From Acidobacteriota bacterium (lineage in GTDB: Bacteria > Acidobacteriota > UBA6911 > JACQSX01), in contig DASXQR010000017.1 of NCBI GenBank assembly GCA_036507075.1, positions 100,567-164,566 on the forward strand: 64,000 bases of DNA, read 5' to 3'. The notes under the pieces are model-generated. The model was not told the DNA's origin and did not search any database. It saw nothing but the letters and a program-made list of their open reading frames with translations. Of the stretch, positions 49,475 through 58,582 are shown piece after piece. Position numbers and translations under genes: made by a program. Numbering within the stretch: the first letter of the stretch is position 1; the number at the start of each line of letters is the position of its first letter.

Positions 49475-49698
49475 AGTTACGGCTTGACGAGTTACGGGAT
49501 CTTTACCACGAAGTCACGAAGGCACGAAGATTTAACAATTCAGTTAGAAGTGTCACTCCTGCTCGATCGTGGGTGATTTAAGAAATCACACTACAGGATA
49601 AATCCTGATTCTTCGTGACTTCGAGGCTTCGTGGCAAAGAGCCCGTAACTCGTCAACCCGCCAACCCGGAACTCGTTAACCCGTCAACCCCCGTCAAC
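49475..49698. repeat. GTTACGG/CCGTAAC foldback enclosing AGTGNCACT element copy D (49505-49635)
   Basis: Nested inverted arms; core AGTGTCACT at 49549. Confidence 0.85.
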
Positions 49699-49768
49699 TG
49701 AATGAGAATTTCACAATTATTTAATTCCCACACTGCTCCTCCTTCGGTAGCATCGGTTACGGGAGCTC

Positions 49769-50230
49769 ATGCCGTCCGGACAGAGAAGAGAGAAGCGGCT
49801 CAGGATCTTGTTTGTGTGCCTGGGAAACTGCTGCCGAAGCCAGATGGCTGAGGGCCTGGCTCGAAAAATCGCTCCTCAGTACGAGATTTACAGCGCCGGC
49901 CTGCTTCCTGCCGGCTTTGTCAGCTCACAGGCGATCTCGGTGATGCAGGAGGAAGGGATCGAAATCGGCGACCAGGAAAGCAAGGGTCTTGATGCCGTCG
50001 ACGTGGACCAGATGGACGTAATCGTTGCCATGGGCGGATTTCCCGCCGCAGACTTTGTTCCCAGGCCGCAGGGGAAACTGGTCCAGGAATGGGACATCGA
50101 AGACCCGATCGGTCGCGACATCGGATTCTACCGGAAGACGCGCGCCCAGCTTGCAGACAAAATCACCCGCCTCCTGGCCGAGCTCGAGGGAGAATTTGCC
50201 ACAAAACCACAAAGTCACGGAGGATCTTGA
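49769..50230 (+). CDS. arsC: Arsenate reductase / LMW-PTP family protein
   Basis: FVCLGNCCRSQMAEG P-loop, SAG, WDIEDP. Confidence 0.8.
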   Translation: MPSGQRREKRLRILFVCLGNCCRSQMAEGLARKIAPQYEIYSAGLLPAGFVSSQAISVMQEEGIEIGDQESKGLDAVDVDQMDVIVAMGGFPAADFVPRPQGKLVQEWDIEDPIGRDIGFYRKTRAQLADKITRLLAELEGEFATKPQSHGGS

Positions 50231-50302
50231 GGAATCCAGGCTTCTCTCTGTGGCTCGATGGCTTTGCGGCAAATCATGAAAACTGTTATACTTGAGAGGT
50301 TT

Positions 50303-50548
50303 ATGATGATTCGAATGTACACAACCGTGTGGTGCCCGGACTGCCACGCCGCCAAGAGATTCCTTAAAGAACGTGGCATTGAGTTCCAGGAAATCAATAT
50401 CGAGGAGGATCCTGGGGCGGTGGATTTTGTGGTCCAGGCCAATGCGGGACGTCGCAGCGTTCCCACATTTGAAATCGACGGCCGCACATTTAGTTGCAGT
50501 CCCTTCAATGCCCGTAAGTTGAAGGAAAATTTAGGAATTCAGGCATAA
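50303..50548 (+). CDS. Glutaredoxin-like protein (mycoredoxin/NrdH-like)
   Basis: [19 protein letters not shown]. Confidence 0.88.
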   Translation: MMIRMYTTVWCPDCHAAKRFLKERGIEFQEINIEEDPGAVDFVVQANAGRRSVPTFEIDGRTFSCSPFNARKLKENLGIQA

Positions 50549-50552
50549 ATCT

Positions 50553-51083
50553 ATGGAAGAGATGCAAGAGGAGCTTCAGGTCCATATGGCTTCGGCGATT
50601 CCCGTGATCGGCGAGTCGAAGGAGCCTAAGCCAAATTTCATTACCACCACCGTGGAACAGGTCTTTCGCTGGGCCCGGAAATCATCGCTCTGGCCGATGA
50701 CCTTTGGCCTGGCCTGCTGTGCCATCGAGATGATGGCTACGGGCGCTTCTCGTTTTGACATGGACCGTTTTGGCGCCGGGATTTTTCGTCCCAGCCCCCG
50801 CCAGTCCGATCTGATCATTATCGCGGGAACCGTGACTCTGAAGATGGCGCCGATCGTGAAGCGCGTGTACGACCAGATGCCCGATCCCAAGTGGGTGATC
50901 TCCATGGGCGCCTGCTCAAATTGCGGTGGTCCTTTCAATTCCTATTCGGTTCTGCAGGGAGTCGACAAGGTGATTCCGGTGGACGTTTACATTCCGGGAT
51001 GCCCTCCCCGGCCGGAGGCTCTGCTGTACGGAGTGATGAGACTGCAGGACAAGATCATGGGTAAAGCCGGAAAGGTCGCTTAA
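50553..51083 (+). CDS. nuoB: NADH-quinone oxidoreductase subunit B (copy 1)
   Basis: [29 protein letters not shown]. Confidence 0.95.
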   Translation: MEEMQEELQVHMASAIPVIGESKEPKPNFITTTVEQVFRWARKSSLWPMTFGLACCAIEMMATGASRFDMDRFGAGIFRPSPRQSDLIIIAGTVTLKMAPIVKRVYDQMPDPKWVISMGACSNCGGPFNSYSVLQGVDKVIPVDVYIPGCPPRPEALLYGVMRLQDKIMGKAGKVA

Positions 51084-51085
51084 AT

Positions 51086-51553
51086 ATGAACTTGCTGCGG
51101 CGCATCTTGTTCATCGACATTATCAAAGGTTTGTTGATCACGTTTCCTTACATGTTCCGCCGTACTTATACGGAACAATATCCGACGCAGCGGCCGCAGA
51201 TTGCGGAACGGTACCGAGGTGCGCCGCGATTGAATCTTGATCCTGAGACCAAAGAGACGTTGTGCATCTCATGCAACCTCTGCGCCCTGGCCTGCCCGGA
51301 GGACCTGATCGTAGTTACCAGCGAACGGGATCCAAAGACCAGCCGAAAAATCCTGCAGGAGTTTACCTTTGACCTGTCACGCTGCCTGTTCTGCGGATTG
51401 TGCCAGGAAGCATGTCCGGTCAATGCCATCGAACTGACACAGTATTTCGAACTGGCTGCCTACGACAAGAACGGTTCGAAATGGGACAAGTACAAACTTG
51501 AGCACGGACCAACAGCGCTGCCCGGCTTGAGCCCGACGTCTGATGCGAAATGA
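51086..51553 (+). CDS. nuoI: NADH-quinone oxidoreductase subunit I (copy 1)
   Basis: TEQYP, CISCNLCALACP, CLFCGLCQEACP. Confidence 0.92.
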   Translation: MNLLRRILFIDIIKGLLITFPYMFRRTYTEQYPTQRPQIAERYRGAPRLNLDPETKETLCISCNLCALACPEDLIVVTSERDPKTSRKILQEFTFDLSRCLFCGLCQEACPVNAIELTQYFELAAYDKNGSKWDKYKLEHGPTALPGLSPTSDAK

Positions 51554-52056
51554 AGAGTTACAAGATCATTCAGTATCCCGACCCGATACTGCGCAAAGTG
51601 GCGCCGCCCGTTAAAGTATTTGACCGAAAGCTTGCGTCAGCGGCGCAAAGGATGATCGCGACGATGTACCGGAACAAAGGAGTCGGTCTGGCCGGGCCGC
51701 AGGTCAATCTCCTGGAGCGCATCCTGGTCATCGATACTTCGGAGAATCGAGACCAGCCTCGCGTGGTGATCAATCCTGAGATCCTTCATTCTGAAGGCAA
51801 GATCGCCATGGAGGAAGGGTGTCTCAGTATCCCCGACGTGAGAATCCGTGTCGTGAGGGCGGCGCAGGTCACCGTCAAGGCCCAGGACGAACTGGGGCGC
51901 TTTTTCCAAATCACGGCAAGCGACCTGGAGGCAGTCGTCTTCCAGCATGAGATCGATCACCTCAATGGTGTTCTGATCCTGGATTACGCCTCACCCGAGG
52001 CGGAGTTCGGGCCGCAAGCAGACAGTGAAAAACCATCGCGTCTGGCCTCGCGATGA
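51550..52056 (+). CDS. def: Peptide deformylase
   Basis: GVGLAGPQV, EGCLS, HEIDHL. Confidence 0.96.
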   Translation: MKSYKIIQYPDPILRKVAPPVKVFDRKLASAAQRMIATMYRNKGVGLAGPQVNLLERILVIDTSENRDQPRVVINPEILHSEGKIAMEEGCLSIPDVRIRVVRAAQVTVKAQDELGRFFQITASDLEAVVFQHEIDHLNGVLILDYASPEAEFGPQADSEKPSRLASR

Positions 52057-52073
52057 ATCACGCGCGATGAATC

Positions 52074-52355
52074 ATGCATATAGAGTTTGTCGAAAGAAAA
52101 CACCGGCTGAACTGGAAACTGCCAAGCGAAATTGCGTCTCTGCACCTTACTTATCCACGGGGCCGAATCGTCAAGTACTTCAGAGATAAGAACTACGGAT
52201 TCATCAAAGCAAAAAACGGGCGGCATCTTTTCTTTTTCATTCCGGAAATCGATTTAATGGGGTCGGAAGATTCACTGCGCGTGGGTCTGGAAGTGGGGTA
52301 CGACGTCACGCTGGTGGGCAAAAAGATGCGCGTCACGAAACTCAAGATCTATTAA
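52074..52355 (+). CDS. Divergent cold-shock/OB-fold domain protein
   Basis: GRIVKYFRDKNYGFI resembles the RNP1 region. Confidence 0.65.
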   Translation: MHIEFVERKHRLNWKLPSEIASLHLTYPRGRIVKYFRDKNYGFIKAKNGRHLFFFIPEIDLMGSEDSLRVGLEVGYDVTLVGKKMRVTKLKIY

Positions 52356-52367
52356 GTTATCGACTTG

Positions 52368-52697
52368 GCGGGTTACCGGGTTGCGGGTTAGCGGGTTGAG
52401 GGTTAGCGAGTTGCGGGTTAGCGGGTTACGGGTTAGCGGGTTTGCGAGTTACGGGTTTGCGAGTTACGGGTTAGCGAGTTACGGGTTATGGAGTTCAAAT
52501 CCAGAATGAAAAATTACTGAAAGCGGCTCACCGCGAGGGCGAACTTTCAATTTTCCAATCTTGAGTTCGACAACTCGCAACCCGTAACGCGGTAACCCGC
52601 CAACCCGTAACTAGATAACCCGCAACCCGGTAACCCGCCAACCCGCAACCCGGTAACCCGCAACGCGCTAACCCGCAATGCGGTAACCCGTCAACGC
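52368..52697. repeat. Large GGGTT(A/G)C / GTAACCC foldback element
   Basis: About 15 units per arm around an ~85-bp core. Confidence 0.92.
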
Positions 52698-52711
52698 GGA
52701 ACTAAATCCAT

Positions 52712-53062
52712 ATGGGTACCATAGGCCTGGTAATGTATATCGTGGCGGCTGCCGGAATTGCCGGGGCGTTGCTTTTGCTGGCGACTTTTGTCGGGCCAAA
52801 GCGAGCCAACCCCGTCAAGGCAACACCATTTGAGTGCGGCAACCCTCCTCACGATATTTCGCGCGGCAGGTTTTCCATAAAGTTTTTTCTTGTGGCCCTG
52901 CTGTTTATTCCGTTCGATGTCGAGCTGATGTTTCTTTTTCCGTGGGCGGTGGTGTTCCGATCGCTCGGAGTCCAGGGTTTTGTCGCGATGGCGGCGTTCC
53001 TCGGCTTCATGTTCGTGGGTTTGATTTACGCCTGGACGAAAGGGGCATTGCAATGGCAGTGA
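52712..53062 (+). CDS. nuoA: NADH-quinone oxidoreductase subunit A
   Basis: PFECG, FDVELMFLFPWA, YAWTKGAL. Confidence 0.95.
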   Translation: MGTIGLVMYIVAAAGIAGALLLLATFVGPKRANPVKATPFECGNPPHDISRGRFSIKFFLVALLFIPFDVELMFLFPWAVVFRSLGVQGFVAMAAFLGFMFVGLIYAWTKGALQWQ

Positions 53063-53523
53063 ATACGCCTGCCGGCGGATTTTTCACCAGTCGCCTGGAC
53101 AAGATGATCGGCTGGGCACGGAAATATTCGATTTTCCAGTACCCGTTTGTGACCGCCTGCTGCGGAATGGAGTACATGGCCACGGCCTGCGCGCATTACG
53201 ATGTGGACCGTTTCGGCGCGGGCCTCCCGCGCTTTTCTCCACGCCAGGCCGACGTTTTGTTCGTCGTCGGAACTATCAGCCATAAGCTCGCGCCCACGTT
53301 GAAGATGATTTATGACCAGATGTGCGAGCCCAAGTGGGTGGTGGCTTTCGGTGTTTGTACTTGCACCGGCGGCTTTTACGATAATTACGCGACTGTCATG
53401 GGAATCGATACGATCATTCCGGTGGATGTTTACATACCGGGCTGCCCGCCGCGGCCGGAAACGGTTTTGGACGGCCTGATAAAACTCCAGGCTAAGATAC
53501 AAATGGAGCCGCAATTGCTGTGA
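53053..53523 (+). CDS. nuoB: NADH-quinone oxidoreductase subunit B (copy 2)
   Basis: [27 protein letters not shown] at 53053. Confidence 0.93.
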   Translation: MAVNTPAGGFFTSRLDKMIGWARKYSIFQYPFVTACCGMEYMATACAHYDVDRFGAGLPRFSPRQADVLFVVGTISHKLAPTLKMIYDQMCEPKWVVAFGVCTCTGGFYDNYATVMGIDTIIPVDVYIPGCPPRPETVLDGLIKLQAKIQMEPQLL

Positions 53524-54005
53524 GCCGGATGAGCCTGACTCTTGGAAAACTGAAAGAGAATTTCAGTGATTCCATTTTCGAACTTGGAAACTATCGGGGA
53601 GACGACTTTGCCGTGGTCCGCGGCGATCGCATCGTGGAAATCGCCCGTTTTATACGCGATCATCCTGAGCTGCAGTACAACTTTCTGATTGATTTGACGG
53701 CGGTGGATTATCCCAGGCGCTCGCCGCGCTTTGAAGTTGTTTATCACTTCTTGTCGCTCCCGTTTAAGCATCGGGTTCGGTTGAAAGTCCCCGTCGAGGA
53801 GAAAAACGCGGAAGTCCCTTCGCTGGTGTCACTGTGGGATGGAGCGAACTGGTTTGAACGTGAAGTGTGGGACATGTTTGGTATTCGCTTTCAGGGCCAT
53901 CCGGATCTGAGGCGCATCCTTCTTTACGAAGGATTCGAAGGTCATCCGCTGCGCAAGGATTACCCCATCAACAGGCGACAGCCCCTGATCGGGCCCAAAA
54001 ACTAA
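53520..54005 (+). CDS. nuoC: NADH-quinone oxidoreductase subunit C
   Basis: EREVWDMFGI, GHPLRKDYP. Confidence 0.95.
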   Translation: MSRMSLTLGKLKENFSDSIFELGNYRGDDFAVVRGDRIVEIARFIRDHPELQYNFLIDLTAVDYPRRSPRFEVVYHFLSLPFKHRVRLKVPVEEKNAEVPSLVSLWDGANWFEREVWDMFGIRFQGHPDLRRILLYEGFEGHPLRKDYPINRRQPLIGPKN

Positions 54006-54009
54006 TTCC

Positions 54010-55074
54010 GTGGGACGAACTTCCATCGCAGATCGACTGGTCGGGCAGCGACTCTCAGAGTTGCTGAGGGTGATCCGTCCTGGAGGCGAGTTCGTCATTC
54101 TGACCCACAACAATCCCGATCCGGACAGTATCGCCTCAGGGCTGGCCTTGCGCACACTGGTGCGTGAAAAGCGGGGTCTTGAAGGCCGGCTGGCCTACGG
54201 CGGCATGCTGGGGAGAGCCGAGAATCAAGCGATGGTTCGCATCCTGCAAATTGAGCTCATTCACGTGCGCGATCTGCAGTTGAAGACGAGCGATACGATC
54301 GCAATTGTGGACACGCAGCCGCGCACCGGCAACAACGCGCTGCCGGGAGGTATCGTGCCCGATATTGTCATCGACCATCATCCGTTCCGGGAGGAAACAG
54401 CGGGGGTAACGTATCACGACGTACGGGAGCATTATGGCGCCACCAGCACCATGCTGCTTGAATATTTGAACGAAGCCGGTGTTGAGCTTGACAGGAAACT
54501 GGCGACCGCCCTGTTCTACGCGATCAAAACAGAAACGGCAAACCTGGTGCGCGAAGTGCACCAGGCCGACATGCAGGCTTATCTCACTCTCTATCCGATT
54601 GTCGATAAGTCGTGCCTGGCGCGCATCGAGCAGGCTTCCGTTCCACGAGAGTATTACCAGGCGTTCCATGCGGCGCTGGAGAACAGCTTTGTGTGCGACA
54701 AAGCCGTGGTTTCGCGCCTGCAGTCCATCCGTAATCCGGATATGGTGGCCGAGATTGCCGACTTCCTGTTGCGGCTGCGCGGAACGGAATGGACATTTGC
54801 GATGGCGCGATTCGGCAATGACTTGATCCTCTCCACGCGCACGATAAGTCCGGATGAAGATGCCGGCAACGTGATGCAGCGAGTGGTGGGAGATTACGGC
54901 ACTGCGGGAGGCCACGGCACAATGGCGGGGGGCCAGGTTCGCCTCGAAGGTTTGAATGCGCAGGCGATGGAGCAGCTTGAGGCGGAGCTAACGGATCGTT
55001 TCCTCAACGCAGTCCTTGGAGACACAGCCGGTAAAGTGGTGCGCGAACCTTTGTGTGAAATCGATGGAAAGTGA
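54010..55074 (+). CDS. DHH/DHHA1-family phosphoesterase
   Basis: HNNPDPDS, IVDT, IDHH, GATST, AGGH. Confidence 0.88.
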   Translation: MGRTSIADRLVGQRLSELLRVIRPGGEFVILTHNNPDPDSIASGLALRTLVREKRGLEGRLAYGGMLGRAENQAMVRILQIELIHVRDLQLKTSDTIAIVDTQPRTGNNALPGGIVPDIVIDHHPFREETAGVTYHDVREHYGATSTMLLEYLNEAGVELDRKLATALFYAIKTETANLVREVHQADMQAYLTLYPIVDKSCLARIEQASVPREYYQAFHAALENSFVCDKAVVSRLQSIRNPDMVAEIADFLLRLRGTEWTFAMARFGNDLILSTRTISPDEDAGNVMQRVVGDYGTAGGHGTMAGGQVRLEGLNAQAMEQLEAELTDRFLNAVLGDTAGKVVREPLCEIDGK

Positions 55075-56416
55075 AGTTATTGATTCTTCGACTCCGGTAA
55101 ACACCAACCGGATGCTGGTGTCTTTCGGCCCGTCCCATCCGGCCATGCACGGGACCATCAAGATCGATGTGGAGCTGGACGGGGAAACGGTGATGGACGC
55201 CCGCGTCGAGATTGGCTACCTGCACCGTGCGTTTGAGAAAAGTTCGGAGCAGGGAAATTATCAGCACCCGATCCCTTATGCCGATCGCCTTAATTATGTC
55301 TCGCCGCTGATCAATAATTTCGGTTATGCCGAGGCGGTGGAAAAACTCCTTGATGTGGAGATTACCGACCGCTGCAAGTACGTCCGCGTGATCATGAGCG
55401 AGCTGTCGCGCGTCACGGACCACTTGACCTGTATCGGCGCCAGCGCTATGGAGCTGGGAGCGTTCAGCGTATTTCTCTACATGATCAAGGCGCGGGAATA
55501 CCTCTATGAGCTGATCGAGGATGTCACCGGTGCCCGTTTAACGGTCAGTTATGTTCGCATCGGAGGGGTTAAGGCGGACTTTCCGCCGGGCTTTGAAGAA
55601 AAGACCCGCGTTGCCATGCGCAAGACCCGTGAAGTGCTCGGCGAAGTCGACCGGCTGTTGACAAAGAACCGGATCTTCCATGATCGCATGAAGGGCGTCG
55701 GCGTTTGCACTCAGGAACTCGCGGTCCGTTACGGCATCACGGGCCCGTTTCTGCGGTCCACGGGAATCAACTACGACGTGCGCAAGACGACTCCTTACCT
55801 GGTTTATGACCGCTTTGATTTCCAGATTCCTCTGGGAACAAACGGCGACAACTATGACCGTTACCGCTGCCGCATGGCCGAGATGGAGCAGAGCATGCGG
55901 ATCATTGAACAGGCATTCGACCAGATGCCGGAAGGCGAGCTGAATGTGGATGTCGCGGACATGTCAATTCCGGCGGCTGAGATGAGGGATTTAGGGAAAC
56001 TGGGCGCGACCGAAGGTCTGGTAAGGCGCGATGTAGAGCCCGAGCCGACGCTGGAGGGAACAAATCGCGCGGCCAGCCGGCTGGTCAATATTGTGGACAA
56101 GAGGGTCGTGTTGCCCCCCAAGGAGGAGACCTACAGCAACATTGAAGGCCTGATGAACCATTTCAAAATGGTGATGACCGGTCACGGAGTGCGACCTCCC
56201 AAGGGTGAAGCCTACTCGGCGGTGGAAGGCGGCAACGGAGAGTTGGGCTTTTACGTGGTAAGTGACGGCACTGATCGCCCGTATCGCGTGCGCTGCCGGC
56301 CGCCGTGTTTTCCCATTATGGCGGCACTGCCGCATTTGCTCATCGGCTACTCGGTGGCGGACATCGTGCCCACTTTTGGTTCGGTCAACATGGTCGGAGG
56401 AGAGCTGGATCGATGA
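55064..56416 (+). CDS. nuoD: NADH-quinone oxidoreductase subunit D
   Basis: GPSHPAMHG, GYLHRAFEK, DRLNY, GELGFY, GELDR. Confidence 0.95.
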   Translation: MESEVIDSSTPVNTNRMLVSFGPSHPAMHGTIKIDVELDGETVMDARVEIGYLHRAFEKSSEQGNYQHPIPYADRLNYVSPLINNFGYAEAVEKLLDVEITDRCKYVRVIMSELSRVTDHLTCIGASAMELGAFSVFLYMIKAREYLYELIEDVTGARLTVSYVRIGGVKADFPPGFEEKTRVAMRKTREVLGEVDRLLTKNRIFHDRMKGVGVCTQELAVRYGITGPFLRSTGINYDVRKTTPYLVYDRFDFQIPLGTNGDNYDRYRCRMAEMEQSMRIIEQAFDQMPEGELNVDVADMSIPAAEMRDLGKLGATEGLVRRDVEPEPTLEGTNRAASRLVNIVDKRVVLPPKEETYSNIEGLMNHFKMVMTGHGVRPPKGEAYSAVEGGNGELGFYVVSDGTDRPYRVRCRPPCFPIMAALPHLLIGYSVADIVPTFGSVNMVGGELDR

Positions 56417-56898
56417 GTCTGGAAGTTCTCTCGGAAAAGATGCTGTCGGAAATCTCTGAGATTCTGGCCAGGTATCCGCAGCAGCGCGCCGCTCTATTGC
56501 CGATCTTGAATGCCTGCCAGCGCGAATACGGCTTCATTTCGCAGCGGACCGAGGAGGCAGTCGCCGAGTTGCTTGGCATCCCTGTGATTGAAATACGGGA
56601 AACAATCAGCTTTTACAGCCTGCTCCGCCGCAAGCCCGCGGGTAAGTACCACCTGCAGTTTTGTACCAACATTTCCTGCAGCCTGTTGGGAGCCGAAGAA
56701 TCGGTCGCTTCGGCTTGCCGGCAACTGGGAATTCATGAAGGCGATACCACACAGGACAATAGATTCACGATTACCACGGTGGAATGCCTGGGAGCGTGCG
56801 ATATGTCGCCCTCGCTGCAGGTGAATGACGATTACCACGCAAATATGACCTCGGACAAGGTGCTCGAGCTGATCGACAAGCTAAAAGATGAACGGTAA
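56413..56898 (+). CDS. nuoE: NADH-quinone oxidoreductase subunit E
   Basis: CTNISC, ECLGAC. Confidence 0.93.
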   Translation: MSLEVLSEKMLSEISEILARYPQQRAALLPILNACQREYGFISQRTEEAVAELLGIPVIEIRETISFYSLLRRKPAGKYHLQFCTNISCSLLGAEESVASACRQLGIHEGDTTQDNRFTITTVECLGACDMSPSLQVNDDYHANMTSDKVLELIDKLKDER

Positions 56899-56923
56899 CA
56901 GCGCGGAGACGGATAGGTTATGT

Positions 56924-57011
56924 TCACCGCAGAGACGCGAGAACGCCGAGTCTCGCTGAGGTCGTGATGAGACCTTGCGGAAACTCGGCGTTCTTCGCCG
57001 CTCTGTGGTGA
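56924..57011. repeat. 9-periodic foldback (CACCGCAGAG.../...CTCTGTGGTG)
   Basis: Inverted imperfect arms between nuoE and nuoF. Confidence 0.75.
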
Positions 57012-57056
57012 CGCAAACGCATCCGTCTTCGCCCGGTTCCCGATTGGGCAATCCGA

Positions 57057-58322
57057 ATGGAAAAAATCCTGTCAAAGAACTTCTTCAACCCCGAAGCGCG
57101 CAAGATCGAGGTTTATCTGCGGGACGGGGGATATGAGGCGGCACGCAAGGCGCTCTCCGAGATGACGCCTGAGTCGGTCATCCAGGAAGTCACAGAATCA
57201 AGCCTCAGAGGACTGGGCGGAGCCGGTTTTCCCACCGGACGCAAATGGGGCTTTATTCCCAAAGATTCCCCCAAACCGAAGTACCTGATCATCAACAGTG
57301 ACGAGAGTGAGCCTGGCACCTTTAAGGATCGCCACATCCTGGAATGGGATCCGCATACGCTGGTCGAGGGAGTCATCATCGCCAGCTATGCCATCGGCGC
57401 GCACCAGGTTTACGTGTATACGCGCGGGGAGTACTACCACTACGCCAACATACTTCAAGAAGCAGTTAAAGAGGCCTATGCTAAAGGGTTATTGGGAAAG
57501 AATATTTTTGGCAGTGGGTTTGACCTCGAACTGATCATTCATCTGGGGGCAGGCGCTTATATCTGCGGCGAGGAAACCGCTCTGCTCGAGTCCCTGGAAG
57601 GTAAACGTGGATGGCCGCGACTGAAGCCGCCGTTTCCGGCGATATCCGGTTTTCTCGGATGCCCCACAGTGGTGAACAACACGGAAACAATCGCCTACGT
57701 TCCTTCGATCATCCGCAACGGCGGGGAATGGTTTGCCGCTCTTGGCACGCCCCGAAACGGCGGCATGCGTCTTTATTCAGTCAGCGGTCATGTAAAGCGG
57801 CCCGGCGTCTACGAGTTGCCTCTTGGCACTCCACTGCGGGAAATCATCTACCAGCACGCCGGCGGAATGAGGAGCGACAGGAAGCTCAGAGCTGTCATTC
57901 CCGGTGGATCATCGTCGCCGGTTTTGACCGCCGCCGAGATTGACGTGAAGATGGATTTTGATTCGCTGGCCGCCGTTGGTTCGATGCTTGGATCGGCCGG
58001 TGTAATTGTAATGGATGAGGGCACGTGCCTGCTGAAGGCGCTCACAATTCTGTCCAAGTTTTACCAGCATGAGAGTTGCGGGCAGTGTACGCCGTGTCGC
58101 GAGGGGACCGGCTGGATGACCCGGATTCTGAACCGGAGTCTCACCGGAGACGGTGTGCAAGGGGATCTGGAAAACCTTCTGCGTATTGCCGGAAATATCA
58201 TCGGTAACACAATCTGTCCCCTGGGAGATGCCGCCGTGCTTCCGGTACAGAGTTTCATCAAGAAGTTTCGGGAAGAATTCGAAAGCCACCTGCAGCACGG
58301 CAAATGCCTGGCCGTGGCTTAA
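57057..58322 (+). CDS. nuoF: NADH-quinone oxidoreductase subunit F
   Basis: GLGGAGFPTG, DESEPGTFKDR, GAYICGEET, ESCGQCTPCREG. Confidence 0.96.
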   Translation: MEKILSKNFFNPEARKIEVYLRDGGYEAARKALSEMTPESVIQEVTESSLRGLGGAGFPTGRKWGFIPKDSPKPKYLIINSDESEPGTFKDRHILEWDPHTLVEGVIIASYAIGAHQVYVYTRGEYYHYANILQEAVKEAYAKGLLGKNIFGSGFDLELIIHLGAGAYICGEETALLESLEGKRGWPRLKPPFPAISGFLGCPTVVNNTETIAYVPSIIRNGGEWFAALGTPRNGGMRLYSVSGHVKRPGVYELPLGTPLREIIYQHAGGMRSDRKLRAVIPGGSSSPVLTAAEIDVKMDFDSLAAVGSMLGSAGVIVMDEGTCLLKALTILSKFYQHESCGQCTPCREGTGWMTRILNRSLTGDGVQGDLENLLRIAGNIIGNTICPLGDAAVLPVQSFIKKFREEFESHLQHGKCLAVA

Positions 58323-58577
58323 TCCCAAATGCAGAATGCGGAATGAAGAATGCAGAATGCGGAATGAAGAATGCGGAATGAAGAATGCGGAATGCGGAAT
58401 GAAGAATGCGGAATAACTACGATGTAGTTTTGCCTGCGAGGAAATAGCGTGAATCGATCCTGGATGCTGCATTTCACAATCCTTTACCAATTCCGCATTC
58501 CGCATTCTGCATTCCGCATTCGGACCATTCCGCATTCCGCACTCCACAATCGGAATTCTGCATTCCGCATTCGGATT
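58321..58577. repeat. GCGGAAT/GAAGAAT vs ATTCCGC heptamer foldback element
   Basis: Fills the whole nuoF-nuoG gap. Confidence 0.92.
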
Positions 58578-58582
58578 TCCTT

